Origin: a virus | Direction: 5' to 3' (one strand) | DNA length: 64,000 nucleotides | Virus record (IMG/VR): IMGVR_UViG_3300035242_000035 | Span: 1 to 64,000 of that record | Shown here: positions 27,370-37,303 of the stretch, piece after piece | How the letters are laid out: every line of letters starts with the position of its first letter | Position numbering within the stretch: the first letter of the stretch is position 1 | The notes under the pieces: model-generated | The model's input: the letters and a program-made list of their open reading frames with translations, nothing else | What the model was told of the DNA's origin: nothing | The model's database searches: none | Made by a program: the position numbers and the translations under genes

Positions 27370-27513
27370 CGCCGCTCACCCTCGCGCGCCTACCGCACGC
27401 TGGGCTGATCCGCCGTCGCGGCGGCGCGCGCCGGCCGGAGGACATCGGCTGCTCGGTGCCGGAGGGCGAATAGGCAGCGGAGTGATTTTGCGGGATCGGA
27501 AAGGAGAAGTGGC

Positions 27514-28509
27514 ATGGGTAAGGATTCGAGCATCGAGTGGCTGGGCGAAGGCGGCATCACGTCGAGCCCGTGGGAGGGTTGCACGCACGCGCACGTCGGG
27601 TGCAAGGCGCCCGGCGTCGTGGCGAGTTGCTACGCTGAGGTGCTGAACCGGCGTTGGCGCGGCGGCGAGAACTGGGGCAAGGGCGCCCCGCGTCGCGTCG
27701 CGAAGGGCTTCTGGACCGAGGTGCCAAGGCACGCCCGCGCGCTCGCGAGGCAAGGCAAGCGCGGCTCGCTGTTCATGAGCATCTGCGACCCGCTCGATGC
27801 CGAGGTGTGGAATCTCGACCCGAAGGACAACCGCGACGGGCGCGCGGACCGCAACACCGCGCGCGACATGATCCAGATTATTAGAGAGTCAATCGAGAGG
27901 TGTGGTGACTGCGGACGCTCGCTACGAGCCGGCAACGAATCCTGCCAAGGCACCGCTTGTACGCCTCGCCTGCGCGGCGGGCTGACCCCGCTCCTGCTCA
28001 CCAAGCGCCCTGAGAACGCGCATCTTGTCCCCGAGGACGTGCGGCGTCATACCTGGCTCATCTACAGCGCCAGCGACCGGGCGAGCCTAAGGATGGGCAT
28101 CGACGCCCTGCTGCGCGCGGAGGGGTTCGCCGGCCTCGGATTGAGCCTGGAGCCGTTGCTCGGCCCGGTCGACATCCAATTGTTCCTGCATGCCGACTGG
28201 TGCAAACTGCAGGACGCTGGCTACTGCGACTGCGGGGGCCCCGAGCGGAGGCGGATAGATCGGGTCGGCTGGGTGATCATCGGCGGCGAGAGTGGTGCCG
28301 GCGCGCGCCCGTACGACCTCGCCTGGCCGCGCTCGATCATCGCGCAGTGCCGCACCGCTGGCGTGCCGGTGTTTCACAAGCAGGCCGGCGCGAACCCCCT
28401 CTTCGAATACGGCGAGCGGTACTTCGTCCAAGACGCGAAGGGCGGTGACCCGTCCGAGTGGCCACTGGACCTCAAGGTTCGTGAATTCCCGGAGGGGCTG
28501 CGCCGATGA
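27514..28509 (+). CDS. Gp37/Gp68 (DUF5131) family protein
   Basis: SSIEW, PWEGC...GC...CYAE, LLTKRPEN, SLEPLLG, WVIIGGESG, VFHKQ. Confidence 0.9.
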   Translation: MGKDSSIEWLGEGGITSSPWEGCTHAHVGCKAPGVVASCYAEVLNRRWRGGENWGKGAPRRVAKGFWTEVPRHARALARQGKRGSLFMSICDPLDAEVWNLDPKDNRDGRADRNTARDMIQIIRESIERCGDCGRSLRAGNESCQGTACTPRLRGGLTPLLLTKRPENAHLVPEDVRRHTWLIYSASDRASLRMGIDALLRAEGFAGLGLSLEPLLGPVDIQLFLHADWCKLQDAGYCDCGGPERRRIDRVGWVIIGGESGAGARPYDLAWPRSIIAQCRTAGVPVFHKQAGANPLFEYGERYFVQDAKGGDPSEWPLDLKVREFPEGLRR

Positions 28510-28825
28510 GCGCGCTCGTGATGGTCGGCCGCATGGCCGCGAACGCGAGGCGCGCCAAGCGCGACTGTCCGCGCCGGAAGGCGGTCGGGAGCAAGCGCTT
28601 CGGAGGCTCCTAGGTGCGCGGGACGTGTTTATGCGGGCGCGATGCAGAACAGCGCTGCACGCGCTGCGGTCGGCGGCTCTGCGTCCGGCACTACGCGCTC
28701 TCACTGGTTTCTCGTGACAGAGGCGCCGGAGCAGTCCCGGCCTGCATGCCCGTCTGTGACGCGGGCTTTTGGAGCGACCCCAGCTCCGTGATGGAGTGGA
28801 TGTCAGACAGCGAAAGGAGAGGCAC

Positions 28826-29452
28826 GTGAGCAACAGGACCAAGGCGGAGCAGGAGGAGCGCCGGCGCTGGTGGGAGCGGAAGCCGCTGCCGGTGGCGGTG
28901 CTGGGGGTGGATCCCGGGGAGCGCGCCGGAGCGGCACTGCACCTGCCAAAGGCGGGGGTGCTGTGGTCGCGGCAGGTGGAGACCAACACCCGACAGCTCG
29001 AGCAGGCGCTGGAGCAGGCGCTGCGCGACGCCTGGACGGCCGGATGCTCGCGACTCCTGATGGTGATCGAGGAGTGGGGCCGAGGCGGGAAGATGGGGAT
29101 CGACCAGTGGCTCGGCCTCGGGGCCGCGCTCGGGGCCTGGCGCCGCACCGCCGCTCTGCTGGTGGCGGAGTGCGGCGACCCGTGGGCGCAGCTGCTCACC
29201 AAGACGCGCTCCACCGTCAGGGTTCCGATGGTGACCTGGCGGTCCCATATGTTCGAGGTGTTCGGAGCATACGCTGGCGGCAAGTACCGGCCCTTCAAGT
29301 CGGCGGACTGGAAGGAGCAGGCGGTCCGGCGATGCGCCGAACTCTTCCCCGCCATGACGTTCGACGGCCCCGACGCCGCGGAGGCGGCGCTCATTGCCTA
29401 CTACGGCGCGCGATCAGACGAGGCCGGGAAGGTGGTCGGGGCGTCGTGGTGA
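28826..29452 (+). CDS. RuvC-like Holliday junction resolvase
   Basis: VLGVDPG, MVIEE, DAAEAALIA; strong SD. Confidence 0.7.
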   Translation: MSNRTKAEQEERRRWWERKPLPVAVLGVDPGERAGAALHLPKAGVLWSRQVETNTRQLEQALEQALRDAWTAGCSRLLMVIEEWGRGGKMGIDQWLGLGAALGAWRRTAALLVAECGDPWAQLLTKTRSTVRVPMVTWRSHMFEVFGAYAGGKYRPFKSADWKEQAVRRCAELFPAMTFDGPDAAEAALIAYYGARSDEAGKVVGASW

Positions 29453-30126
29453 CCAGACCGCGGGAGTGGGCGCGGATCTGCACCGACAAGGTGGCGCTCA
29501 ACATTCGTACCGGCGCCCAGCTGCAGGACCGCAGGCCACTGGCGATCCGCGTCGGCCGCGGCAAGGCGCCAGTGCCGCCTGATTGGGAGGTGTGGATCGA
29601 GGAGGGCGAGGTCCGCGCGCAGCCGCCCGGCGGCAAGGCGGTCCGCGTCGGGCCCGCTCCCAAAGTCGGCGAGCTGATCTGGGTGCGCGAGTGCTGGCGG
29701 ACCGAAGAGACCCCGGACGGGACCGATGGGATCCGCTTCCGCGCGGACGACGCCTTCCATCCAATCACAGCAACGAGAGAGTCGGCAGACCGCTGGATGG
29801 GCCTCCACCGGTGCGACGGCGAGACGACGGTCCGCCCATGGCGCCCGAGCATCCACATGCCGCGCTGGGCCTGCCGGACCGAACGGCGGATCGCCCGCGT
29901 GTGGGTCGAGCACGCGCAGGACATCTCGGAGGACGACGCGGCGGCCGAGGGCCTGGAGCCATGCCGGATCCAGCATGCCCGCGGTCTAGGGCTGTTCCGC
30001 GACGCCTTCGCCCACCTTCTGGACGAGCTCTACCCCGGATCATGGCCGAGAAACGACTGGCTCTTGGCCGTCGCTCTCGAGGTGGCACCCGAGCACGCGA
30101 AGGCCGAGGAAGGAAGACGGCGATGA
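29449..30126 (+). CDS. ASCH/PUA-like phage protein
   Basis: GELIWVRECW, WRPSIHMPRWACR, QDISEDDAAAEG. Confidence 0.75.
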   Translation: MTRPREWARICTDKVALNIRTGAQLQDRRPLAIRVGRGKAPVPPDWEVWIEEGEVRAQPPGGKAVRVGPAPKVGELIWVRECWRTEETPDGTDGIRFRADDAFHPITATRESADRWMGLHRCDGETTVRPWRPSIHMPRWACRTERRIARVWVEHAQDISEDDAAAEGLEPCRIQHARGLGLFRDAFAHLLDELYPGSWPRNDWLLAVALEVAPEHAKAEEGRRR

Positions 30127-30704
30127 CCCAACTGGATCTCATTGGCGCAGGGATGTCACGGCGTCCGCGACGCGTGACGGGCTTCCCGGAGTTCATCGGC
30201 TTTGGCCAGGACGAAGAGGGCCCGTATCGCTATCGCCTTTGGCGCATCTGGGACGCGACCCGTCTCCCGGTGTGCTTCGCAATGCTGAACCCGAGCACTG
30301 CCGACGACGTAGAGCCTGATCCAACCGTTCGCCGATGCCTGGATTTTGCCATCCGTTGGGGCGCTGGTGGACTCCTGGTGGTGAACGCTTTCGCCTGGCG
30401 CTCGACGGATCGAGAGGTTCTCTTCACGCTCAATGATCCCATCGGGCCGAGGAACATCGCCGCGCTAACGTGGGGCGCGCTGAACGCCTCCATGGTGGTC
30501 GCCGGATGGGGGACTGGCGGGGCGCTTCTCTCTGGTGGCGACCGCGCACTCCACCAGCTGACCTATCACGCCGACGTGTATGCGCTGCGCGAGACGAAGG
30601 GCGGCTTCCCTGAACACCCACTCTACGTTCCCAAGGTCACTGTCCCCATCCGATTCGCGCGCCGGCGACCCCGAGCGCCGCGCCGCGCCTGGGAGGCCAC
30701 GTGA
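30123..30704 (+). CDS. DUF1643 protein
   Basis: YRYRLWRIW, MLNPSTAD..DPTVRRC, NAFAWRST, VAGWG, PEHPLY. Confidence 0.9.
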   Translation: MTQLDLIGAGMSRRPRRVTGFPEFIGFGQDEEGPYRYRLWRIWDATRLPVCFAMLNPSTADDVEPDPTVRRCLDFAIRWGAGGLLVVNAFAWRSTDREVLFTLNDPIGPRNIAALTWGALNASMVVAGWGTGGALLSGGDRALHQLTYHADVYALRETKGGFPEHPLYVPKVTVPIRFARRRPRAPRRAWEAT

Positions 30705-30782
30705 CCCACTCGCGCCCCAGCGGCCGATTGCGCATCCTGCCCAGTCCGTGAGAAAGATGCTGCCCAGGAAAGGAGACCCCAG

Positions 30783-31486
30783 GTGAACGAGCATTCCAGG
30801 CGTATCGTCCACTCCAGCGAGGTGCAGAACTACGGGACGCCGCGTGACTTCTTCGCGTGGCTTCAGGCCGCCTTCGCGATGCAGGTGGACGCGTTCGCCG
30901 AGGACTGGAACGCCAAACTCCCGCGCTACTGGACCGTGAAGGACGACGGCTTCCGGATGCCGTGGGACGGGCTGAGGGTCTTCTACAACCCCGAGTACAA
31001 CTCCACGTTGGACGCCGTGAACAAGGCCCGCGACCAGGCGGAACGCTTCGGCACATTGTCCGTGGGGCTCGTCGCCGCGCGCACGTCGAGCCACTCCGGG
31101 CGCGGGAAGGGCGGCTTCTGGGACCGCGTGAAAGCCAACTCCGGCCCGATGCGGCGGAGCTATTACCACGCGACGCCAGGAGGGGCGGCGGACGTGCTGT
31201 GGATCTGCTGGCGCGGGCTGACCACGGGCATCTACTTCCACGATGACCGGCTTATCTTCGACCATCAGGCAAAGGACACCATCCAGGCGCCATGGTCATC
31301 TTCGCGCCGCCGGTCGGCGCGCCCATGCCGAAGCCACCGCCCACACGCGTGCCGCGGAAGCTCATCGTCCAGATGGACGCCGAGGGCAGGGGCTATAGCC
31401 AGCGGCCGCTCCTCTCTGACGGGCAGCCGTGGGGGCGTGGGCCGCAAATGCCGGCGAGGATTATCGGAGGTGCTGTCGCCGCCTAA
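30783..31486 (+). pseudogene. phage Dam-type N6-adenine MTase, apparently frameshifted near 31280
   Basis: YGTP..F, VDAFA, W...RVFYNPEY, LVAART, RLIF; the expected C-terminal 'AMVIF' strand is in another frame. Confidence 0.6.
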
Positions 31487-31647
31487 ATCTCAGGCGCGAT
31501 GGCCCGGAGGCGGCCCCGTGTTTTGGTCCTCGTCCGCGCACACGGACGAGGCACCTCTCCTTTCCCACGGGGCAGCCTCCTCTTTCAGAGCAGCACCGCG
31601 CCGGCATGACGCCGGTGCGGAACGAGCAGAACGGGAGGGTGAAGCAG

Positions 31648-31926
31648 ATGGCCAAGAGCCGAGGCAAGAGGCAGATGGAGATTCCCGGCACCGAGCAGAA
31701 GCAGATCAAAGAGGTGACCGACGCGGCCGAGGTCTACGAGGCGGTCCGGGACAAGCGAATGGCGCTCACCGAGAAGGAGACCGCGGCCATGGCGACGCTG
31801 GTCGAGGTGATGACCAAGCACAAGATCACCGCCTACAAGGACTCCAATGCCGTCCCGCCGCTGGTGGTGGTCGTGCAACCCGGCAAGGTGAAGGCCAAGG
31901 TCTCTAGGATCAAGGAAGACGAGTAG
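31648..31926 (+). CDS. hypothetical coiled-coil protein
   Basis: GGAGG SD; Lys/Glu-rich. Confidence 0.65.
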   Translation: MAKSRGKRQMEIPGTEQKQIKEVTDAAEVYEAVRDKRMALTEKETAAMATLVEVMTKHKITAYKDSNAVPPLVVVVQPGKVKAKVSRIKEDE

Positions 31927-32036
31927 GGCGGGGCTTGCCGGCCAGGCCTCCGGTCTGGCATCTTGGCGGCGTCGGAAAGGAGAGGTACCCAAACCATGAT
32001 GGTGTCCAGCCTCTGCGCACCCGCGAGGTGCGCTCG

Positions 32037-34223
32037 ATGAGTGATCACGTCTTCACCGCACTGTTCCCGTTCTGCGGCCTCGGAGCTGGCGCTCGCGGCT
32101 TCATCGAAGCGATGGCCCATCTCGGCACGGACTCGGCTCGGTTCCTCAACCTCGGCGGGATCGACGTCGACGCGGAGAGTTGCTCCGACTTCGAGAGGTT
32201 GGCCGGCGGCCCAGCGCTCCGGGCCGACCTGCACTCGCTCACGCCGGCCGAGCTCATCGCCTGGCTGGTGGCGCAGCACGGGAGGAAGATCGCGGAGAGA
32301 AGGCCCGACGCCGTATTTCTGTCTCCGCCATGCAAAGGCATGAGCAGATTGCTCGGGACGAAGGCGGCAAGGGCCGAGAAGTATCAGCGCCTCAACGGCC
32401 TCGTGTGCGAGGGGCTGTTCCTCGTCCTGGAGACGTGGCCGGACGCCAGGCCGCCGCTGATCGTGCTGGAGAACGTGCCGGGCATCGTCCAGCGCGGGGC
32501 CGAACTACTCGACCGCGCGCGGCGGATGCTGTCCGGGTACGGGTACGTCTTCAACGCGGCCACCCACGACTGCGGCGAGATCGGCGGGCTCGCCCAGCAC
32601 CGCAAGCGCTTCCTGTTGGTGGCGCGCGACCCGCGCCAGGTGCCGGCGTTCGTCTACCAACCGCCGAAGAAGCGGGTGCGCGGGTGTGGCGAGGTGCTCG
32701 GCGAGCTCGCGCTCCCCGGCGACCCGGAGGCCGGACCGCTCCACCGGCTCCCGCTGATCGATTGGGTGAATTGGGTGCGGCTGGCGCTGATCCCCCCGGG
32801 CGGAGACTGGCGGGACCTCCCCCGCACCGTCCAACTCGCTGCCGACAACCCTAACCGTCACGAGGCGAAGCTGCGGGTCGAGGACTTCTCCCAGCCCGCG
32901 CATGCGGTGACGGGCGCCACGCGGCCGAACTCCGGCGCGCCCTCTGTTGCGGACCCGAGGGTGCTGGGCTTGAACTTGAGCCCCAACGCCCACAACAACC
33001 TCTATGTCGTGGGCGCGTGGGAGGAACCAGCGAAGACGGTGATAGGCGCTACCCGCCCGGGCAGCGGCGCTGCCGCTGTCGCGGATCCCCACCTAGAGAA
33101 ACTCCAGCCGGGGCTCACGGCCACCAATGCGGGGACCTGGAAGGGTCGGCCGGGCTTCATGGGCGTGCTCGACTGGCGGGAGCCGTCTCGGACGGTGGTC
33201 GGTCGCTCCTCTGTCAGCGGGGGTCATGCCAGCGCGGCCGTCGCCGAGCCGTTCGGCCACGTGAACCTGGTGCTCGGATGGGACCAACCGTCTGGCACGG
33301 TCACCCACGCCCCAGCGCCCAGCTCGGGTGGCGGCGCCGTCGCTGACCCGCGTGTGCCCGGGCTGGAGATCTCCGACTCATCCCGTGGCGGCGCGCTGGG
33401 GGTGATTGGTTGGGCCGAACCGGCACCCACCATCACCGGGAGCATGGAGCCCGCGCGCAGCAACACGCCGGGCTCAGTGGCGGACCCACGCTTCCGCGGC
33501 AGCCTGGGCGTGACGGCCTGGCAGGCGCCTGCTCGAACCGTCACCGGCGAGAGCTACCCGAGCAATGGGGCCGCCTCGGTCGCTGACCCGCGTCTGGTCT
33601 CGCCTGTTCAGCCAGGCCAAGCCCGTCGCGAGGTGATCGGCCGGCACCGGGTGCTCGACTGGCGGCACCCGTCCCCGGTGGTCGCCGGCCCCGGCAGCAA
33701 CGGCGCGCAGAACATCGCCGACGTGAGGGCCGAGGCGCTCGTGCTCGGCTGCTCCCCGCGAGCCGGCGTGTACGGCGTGCTGTCCTGGGAGCAGGCCGCG
33801 GCCACGGTGATCGGCGAGGCCCGGGTGGACAACGGCCGGTACGCGGTCGCCGACCCTCGGCCCGGCGATCCCGGTTGGCGCCCGCCGGAGGGGGTAATCC
33901 CGGTCATCATCTCACCGTGGGGCTGCTGGCACCGGCCGCTGACGACGCTGGAGCTGGCGGCGCTGCAGGGGCTCCCGGCGACGCTCAACGGCAAGCCGCT
34001 GGAACTAGCTGGCCGGGCAGTGTCCAGGTGGCGCGAGCGCATCGGCAACGCCGTGCCGGTCCAGGCCGGGACCGCGATCGCCGTGAGCCTGCTGAAGGCG
34101 CTGCTCGCCTCCGCGGTCGGCCACTGGTCCATCCTCTTCGGGCCGGGCGGCGCCGCGGTGTGGGTCCGGGATGACGGGCGGGACGAGCACGAGGTGGGCC
34201 CTTCGGAGGGGGTGTCTCCATGA
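32037..34223 (+). CDS. DNA cytosine-C5 methyltransferase with internal repeat array
   Basis: FCGLGAG (I), SPPCKG (IV), ENVPG (VI), QHRKRF (VIII), ELAALQG, IGNAVP (X). Confidence 0.9.
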   Translation: MSDHVFTALFPFCGLGAGARGFIEAMAHLGTDSARFLNLGGIDVDAESCSDFERLAGGPALRADLHSLTPAELIAWLVAQHGRKIAERRPDAVFLSPPCKGMSRLLGTKAARAEKYQRLNGLVCEGLFLVLETWPDARPPLIVLENVPGIVQRGAELLDRARRMLSGYGYVFNAATHDCGEIGGLAQHRKRFLLVARDPRQVPAFVYQPPKKRVRGCGEVLGELALPGDPEAGPLHRLPLIDWVNWVRLALIPPGGDWRDLPRTVQLAADNPNRHEAKLRVEDFSQPAHAVTGATRPNSGAPSVADPRVLGLNLSPNAHNNLYVVGAWEEPAKTVIGATRPGSGAAAVADPHLEKLQPGLTATNAGTWKGRPGFMGVLDWREPSRTVVGRSSVSGGHASAAVAEPFGHVNLVLGWDQPSGTVTHAPAPSSGGGAVADPRVPGLEISDSSRGGALGVIGWAEPAPTITGSMEPARSNTPGSVADPRFRGSLGVTAWQAPARTVTGESYPSNGAASVADPRLVSPVQPGQARREVIGRHRVLDWRHPSPVVAGPGSNGAQNIADVRAEALVLGCSPRAGVYGVLSWEQAAATVIGEARVDNGRYAVADPRPGDPGWRPPEGVIPVIISPWGCWHRPLTTLELAALQGLPATLNGKPLELAGRAVSRWRERIGNAVPVQAGTAIAVSLLKALLASAVGHWSILFGPGGAAVWVRDDGRDEHEVGPSEGVSP

Positions 34224-36484
34224 CCGCGGGATACGAGGCGTTCCTGTCCGGAAAGGCCCCGGCCTTCAGGCCCTCCGGTTTTGAGCCCAAGGCGGTGAGT
34301 CGCATGCTCAAGGCCTGGCAGGCGTCCATCGTCCGCCGCGGGTGCCGCCTCGGGCGGATGGCCGCCTTCGCGGACTGTGGCCTCGGCAAGGGGCCGATCG
34401 CGCTGGAGTGGGCGCGCCAGGTGGAGGCGAGCGCCGGGGCGCCGGTGCTGATCCTCGCCCCGCTCGCGGTGGCCCAGCAGTTCGTCACCGAGGCCCAGAA
34501 ATTCGGGCTCCCCTGCAGTTACGCCAGGAACCAGGCGGAGGCGTCCGGCCCGGTGGTGGCGACCAACTACGAGCGTCTGGGCGAGTTCGACCCCGGCCGC
34601 TTCTCAGGGGTGGTGCTGGACGAGTCGAGCATCCTCAAGAACTACTCCGGCAAGACGAAGCGCGTCCTGGTCGAGGCCTTCCGCACGACGCCGCACCGCC
34701 TGGCGTGCACCGCGACCCCGGCCCCCAACGACGTGATCGAACTCGGGAACCACGCCGAGTTCCTCGGCGTGATGCCGAGCGCCGAGATGCTAGCCCGGTG
34801 GTTCATCAACGATACGATGGAGGCCGGCAAGTACCGCCTCAAGCGCCACGCCGAGCGGGACTTCTGGCTGTGGGTCGCCGGGTGGGCCGTCACCATGGGC
34901 ACGCCGGGGGACCTGCTGGACGAGGCCGGCCAGCCGTACCCGGACGACGGCTACCAGCTGCCGCCCCTCGAGGTGGTCCACCACGTCGCGGCGGCGCCCG
35001 ACCGGAAGGCCCCGCCCGGCTCCCTGTTCGAGCACGTCACGCTCCACGCCACCACGCTCCACGCCGCCCTGAGGGAAAGTACGCCGCAGCGGGCAGAGCT
35101 CGCCGCGGAACTCGTGAAGGCCGAGCCGGACGAGGCCTGGGTAGTGTGGGTCGCCACCAACTACGAGGAGGAGGCGATCACCGAGCGACTGCCGGACGCA
35201 GTGGCGGTGCGTGGCGACATGGACCAGGAGGAGAAGCGGCGGCGGCTCGTGGACTTCGGAGAGGGGCGGGTCCGCGTCCTGGTCACCAAGGCGGGGATCG
35301 CCGGGTACGGCCTGAATTGGCAGCACTGCGCGAGGCACGTTCACCTGGCCAGCTCGTTCAGCTTCGAGGACTGGTATCAGGAGGCCCGGCGCAGCTACAG
35401 GTACGGCCAGACGCGCGCCGTCCGCGCGCACGTCGTGTGCGCCAGCGGCGAGGAGCGCATCCCGGAGGTCATCGCCGCGAAGCAGGCGGCCCACGCGGAC
35501 CAGCGCCGCCGGGCGGTGGAGGCCCAGCGCAGCCTTCAGCTCGCGGAACTCGACGGCCCGCGCGCCGAGGTCGGACCCGCCTACGTCAAGTCGGAGTCCA
35601 GCGAGGGTTGGAAGCTCCACCTCGGGGACTGCGTGGAGGCGGCGCGGCGGGTTCAGGACTCGTCCGTCGGGCTGCACCTGTTCTCCCCGCCGTTCTCCAA
35701 CCTGTACGTGTACTCGGCGAGCCTGCGCGACATGGGGAACTGCCGAGACGACGCCGAGTTCTTCCGGCACTTCGGATACCTCCTGCCCGAACTGTTGCGC
35801 ACCCTGAAGCCCGGGCGGCTGTGCGTGATCCACTGCAAGGACCTGCCGCAGTACCGCGGCGAGGCCGGCGCCCTCGGGCTGCGCGACTTCCCGGGCGAGC
35901 TCACCCGCCGGATGCTAGAGGTCCGCGGCGCTGACGGGGAACGGTTCGCCTACCACTCCAAGGTCACCATCTGGAAGTCACCTGTCTTGGAGATGCAGAA
36001 AACCAAGAGCTACGGCCTGCTCTACAAGACCCTCCGCGAGAACGGGTCCTTCTCGCGCCAGGGGCTGCCGGACTACCTGGTGGTGTTTCGCAAGTCCGCG
36101 CCCGGCGACGGGTGCGACGACCCGGTGAAGCACACGCCGGAGGACTACCCGCTCGAGCTGTGGCAGCGCGTGGCCTCGCCGGTGTGGTCGGACATCCGGC
36201 AGACACGCGTCCTCAACGTCGAGGCGGCCAGGGCCGACGACGACGAGAAGCACCTGGCGCCGCTGCAGCTCGACGTGGTGGAGCGCTGCGTTCGCCTCTG
36301 GACGAACCCCGGGGACCTCGTGTTCTCGCCCTTCGCCGGCGTCGGCAGCGAGGGCGTCGGGGCGCTCAAGTTGGGCAGGCTGTTCGAGGGGGCGGAGATC
36401 AAGCCCGAGTACTTCGAGCGGGCCTGCCGGAACCTGCGGTCCGCCGGCGCGCAGCTAGACCTGCTGACCGAGGAGGCGTCGTGA
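34220..36484 (+). CDS. SF2/SNF2-like helicase fused to amino (N4/N6) methyltransferase
   Basis: DCGLGK, LDES, TATP, GLNWQ; then GDC, FSPPF, VFSPFAGVGS. Confidence 0.9.
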   Translation: MTAGYEAFLSGKAPAFRPSGFEPKAVSRMLKAWQASIVRRGCRLGRMAAFADCGLGKGPIALEWARQVEASAGAPVLILAPLAVAQQFVTEAQKFGLPCSYARNQAEASGPVVATNYERLGEFDPGRFSGVVLDESSILKNYSGKTKRVLVEAFRTTPHRLACTATPAPNDVIELGNHAEFLGVMPSAEMLARWFINDTMEAGKYRLKRHAERDFWLWVAGWAVTMGTPGDLLDEAGQPYPDDGYQLPPLEVVHHVAAAPDRKAPPGSLFEHVTLHATTLHAALRESTPQRAELAAELVKAEPDEAWVVWVATNYEEEAITERLPDAVAVRGDMDQEEKRRRLVDFGEGRVRVLVTKAGIAGYGLNWQHCARHVHLASSFSFEDWYQEARRSYRYGQTRAVRAHVVCASGEERIPEVIAAKQAAHADQRRRAVEAQRSLQLAELDGPRAEVGPAYVKSESSEGWKLHLGDCVEAARRVQDSSVGLHLFSPPFSNLYVYSASLRDMGNCRDDAEFFRHFGYLLPELLRTLKPGRLCVIHCKDLPQYRGEAGALGLRDFPGELTRRMLEVRGADGERFAYHSKVTIWKSPVLEMQKTKSYGLLYKTLRENGSFSRQGLPDYLVVFRKSAPGDGCDDPVKHTPEDYPLELWQRVASPVWSDIRQTRVLNVEAARADDDEKHLAPLQLDVVERCVRLWTNPGDLVFSPFAGVGSEGVGALKLGRLFEGAEIKPEYFERACRNLRSAGAQLDLLTEEAS

Positions 36485-36593
36485 AACGTCGGGGGGCGGC
36501 GCGGTCGCGGACAAGTCCGTCGAGTGGGCGGAGCGTCAGATCGGCTGGCCAGAGGCCGATCGCCAGCCCGGCAACACCGAGGCCACGCACCTG

Positions 36594-36986
36594 GTGCCGG
36601 ACTGGTTCTGGACCGGGTGGACGGGGGCGGAAGTCGGCCTGGACAACCTGATCGCCACATTCCTCCAGGCGCCGTCCGGGATGCCGGTCCCGGTCGTGAC
36701 GGACTGCCCGCGGTGCAAGCTGCGGCACGTTGACCGCGGCGCTTGGATGACCCGTCGCCACTCCACTCACATCTGCGACGGGTGCTACCTCCAGTGGAAG
36801 GTGGAGGGGCGCGGCAAGTTCACGGTCGGGGTCGCCGACTACTGCGCGGGCTCCGGCGTCCCGACCCGCAGGGCGGACGACGGCGTTGGGGGGTGCGTGA
36901 CGTGCGCCGCGATCTTCGCCCCGCTGGCTAACGGCGGCCCGGCGCCGGAGCACGTCGCCGGGCAGGGACTGACGCAGCCTCCGTAG
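36594..36986 (+). CDS. Cys/His-rich hypothetical protein
   Basis: CPRC..H...HSTHICDGC; start uncertain. Confidence 0.5.
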   Translation: MPDWFWTGWTGAEVGLDNLIATFLQAPSGMPVPVVTDCPRCKLRHVDRGAWMTRRHSTHICDGCYLQWKVEGRGKFTVGVADYCAGSGVPTRRADDGVGGCVTCAAIFAPLANGGPAPEHVAGQGLTQPP

Positions 36987-36989
36987 TTC

Positions 36990-37017
36990 TTGCAAACGGA
37001 GTCCGACTGCGTATACT
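36990..37017 (+). promoter_or_regulatory. sigma70-like promoter/operator, copy 3
   Basis: TTGCAA-ACGGAGTCCGACTGCG-TATACT then GAAAGGAGAGG. Confidence 0.7.
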
Positions 37018-37039
37018 TGACAGCGAAAGGAGAGGACCG

Positions 37040-37300
37040 ATGCCGCTCGACGCCACGAAGCAGGTCACCACCTCGTCTGTGGAGGTGCCGCCGAATTCGA
37101 TCTGGGTGAAGCTGGTGACCGTCAACGCCAAGGATCTTCACCGGGTGGAGGAGGCGATCAAGAACGCCGTGGGCGCCAGCGCCGAGGTGGACCGGGCCTG
37201 CCGCCGCAACATGAGCCCCAAGGCCGTGGGTGCGCGGCTGGCCATCGCCGACGCCGCCGCGCGCGGCTTGGTGAAGGTGCTGGCCGAGGTCCTGGCGTAG
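37040..37300 (+). CDS. hypothetical protein
   Basis: strong SD, first gene behind promoter copy 3. Confidence 0.65.
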   Translation: MPLDATKQVTTSSVEVPPNSIWVKLVTVNAKDLHRVEEAIKNAVGASAEVDRACRRNMSPKAVGARLAIADAAARGLVKVLAEVLA

Positions 37301-37303
37301 AAA

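Noticed and set aside
30783-31907. 374-aa intact Dam MTase as given in the ORF track
   Set aside because: C-terminal half is low-complexity and overlaps a better gene (31648-31926); a frameshift explains it better
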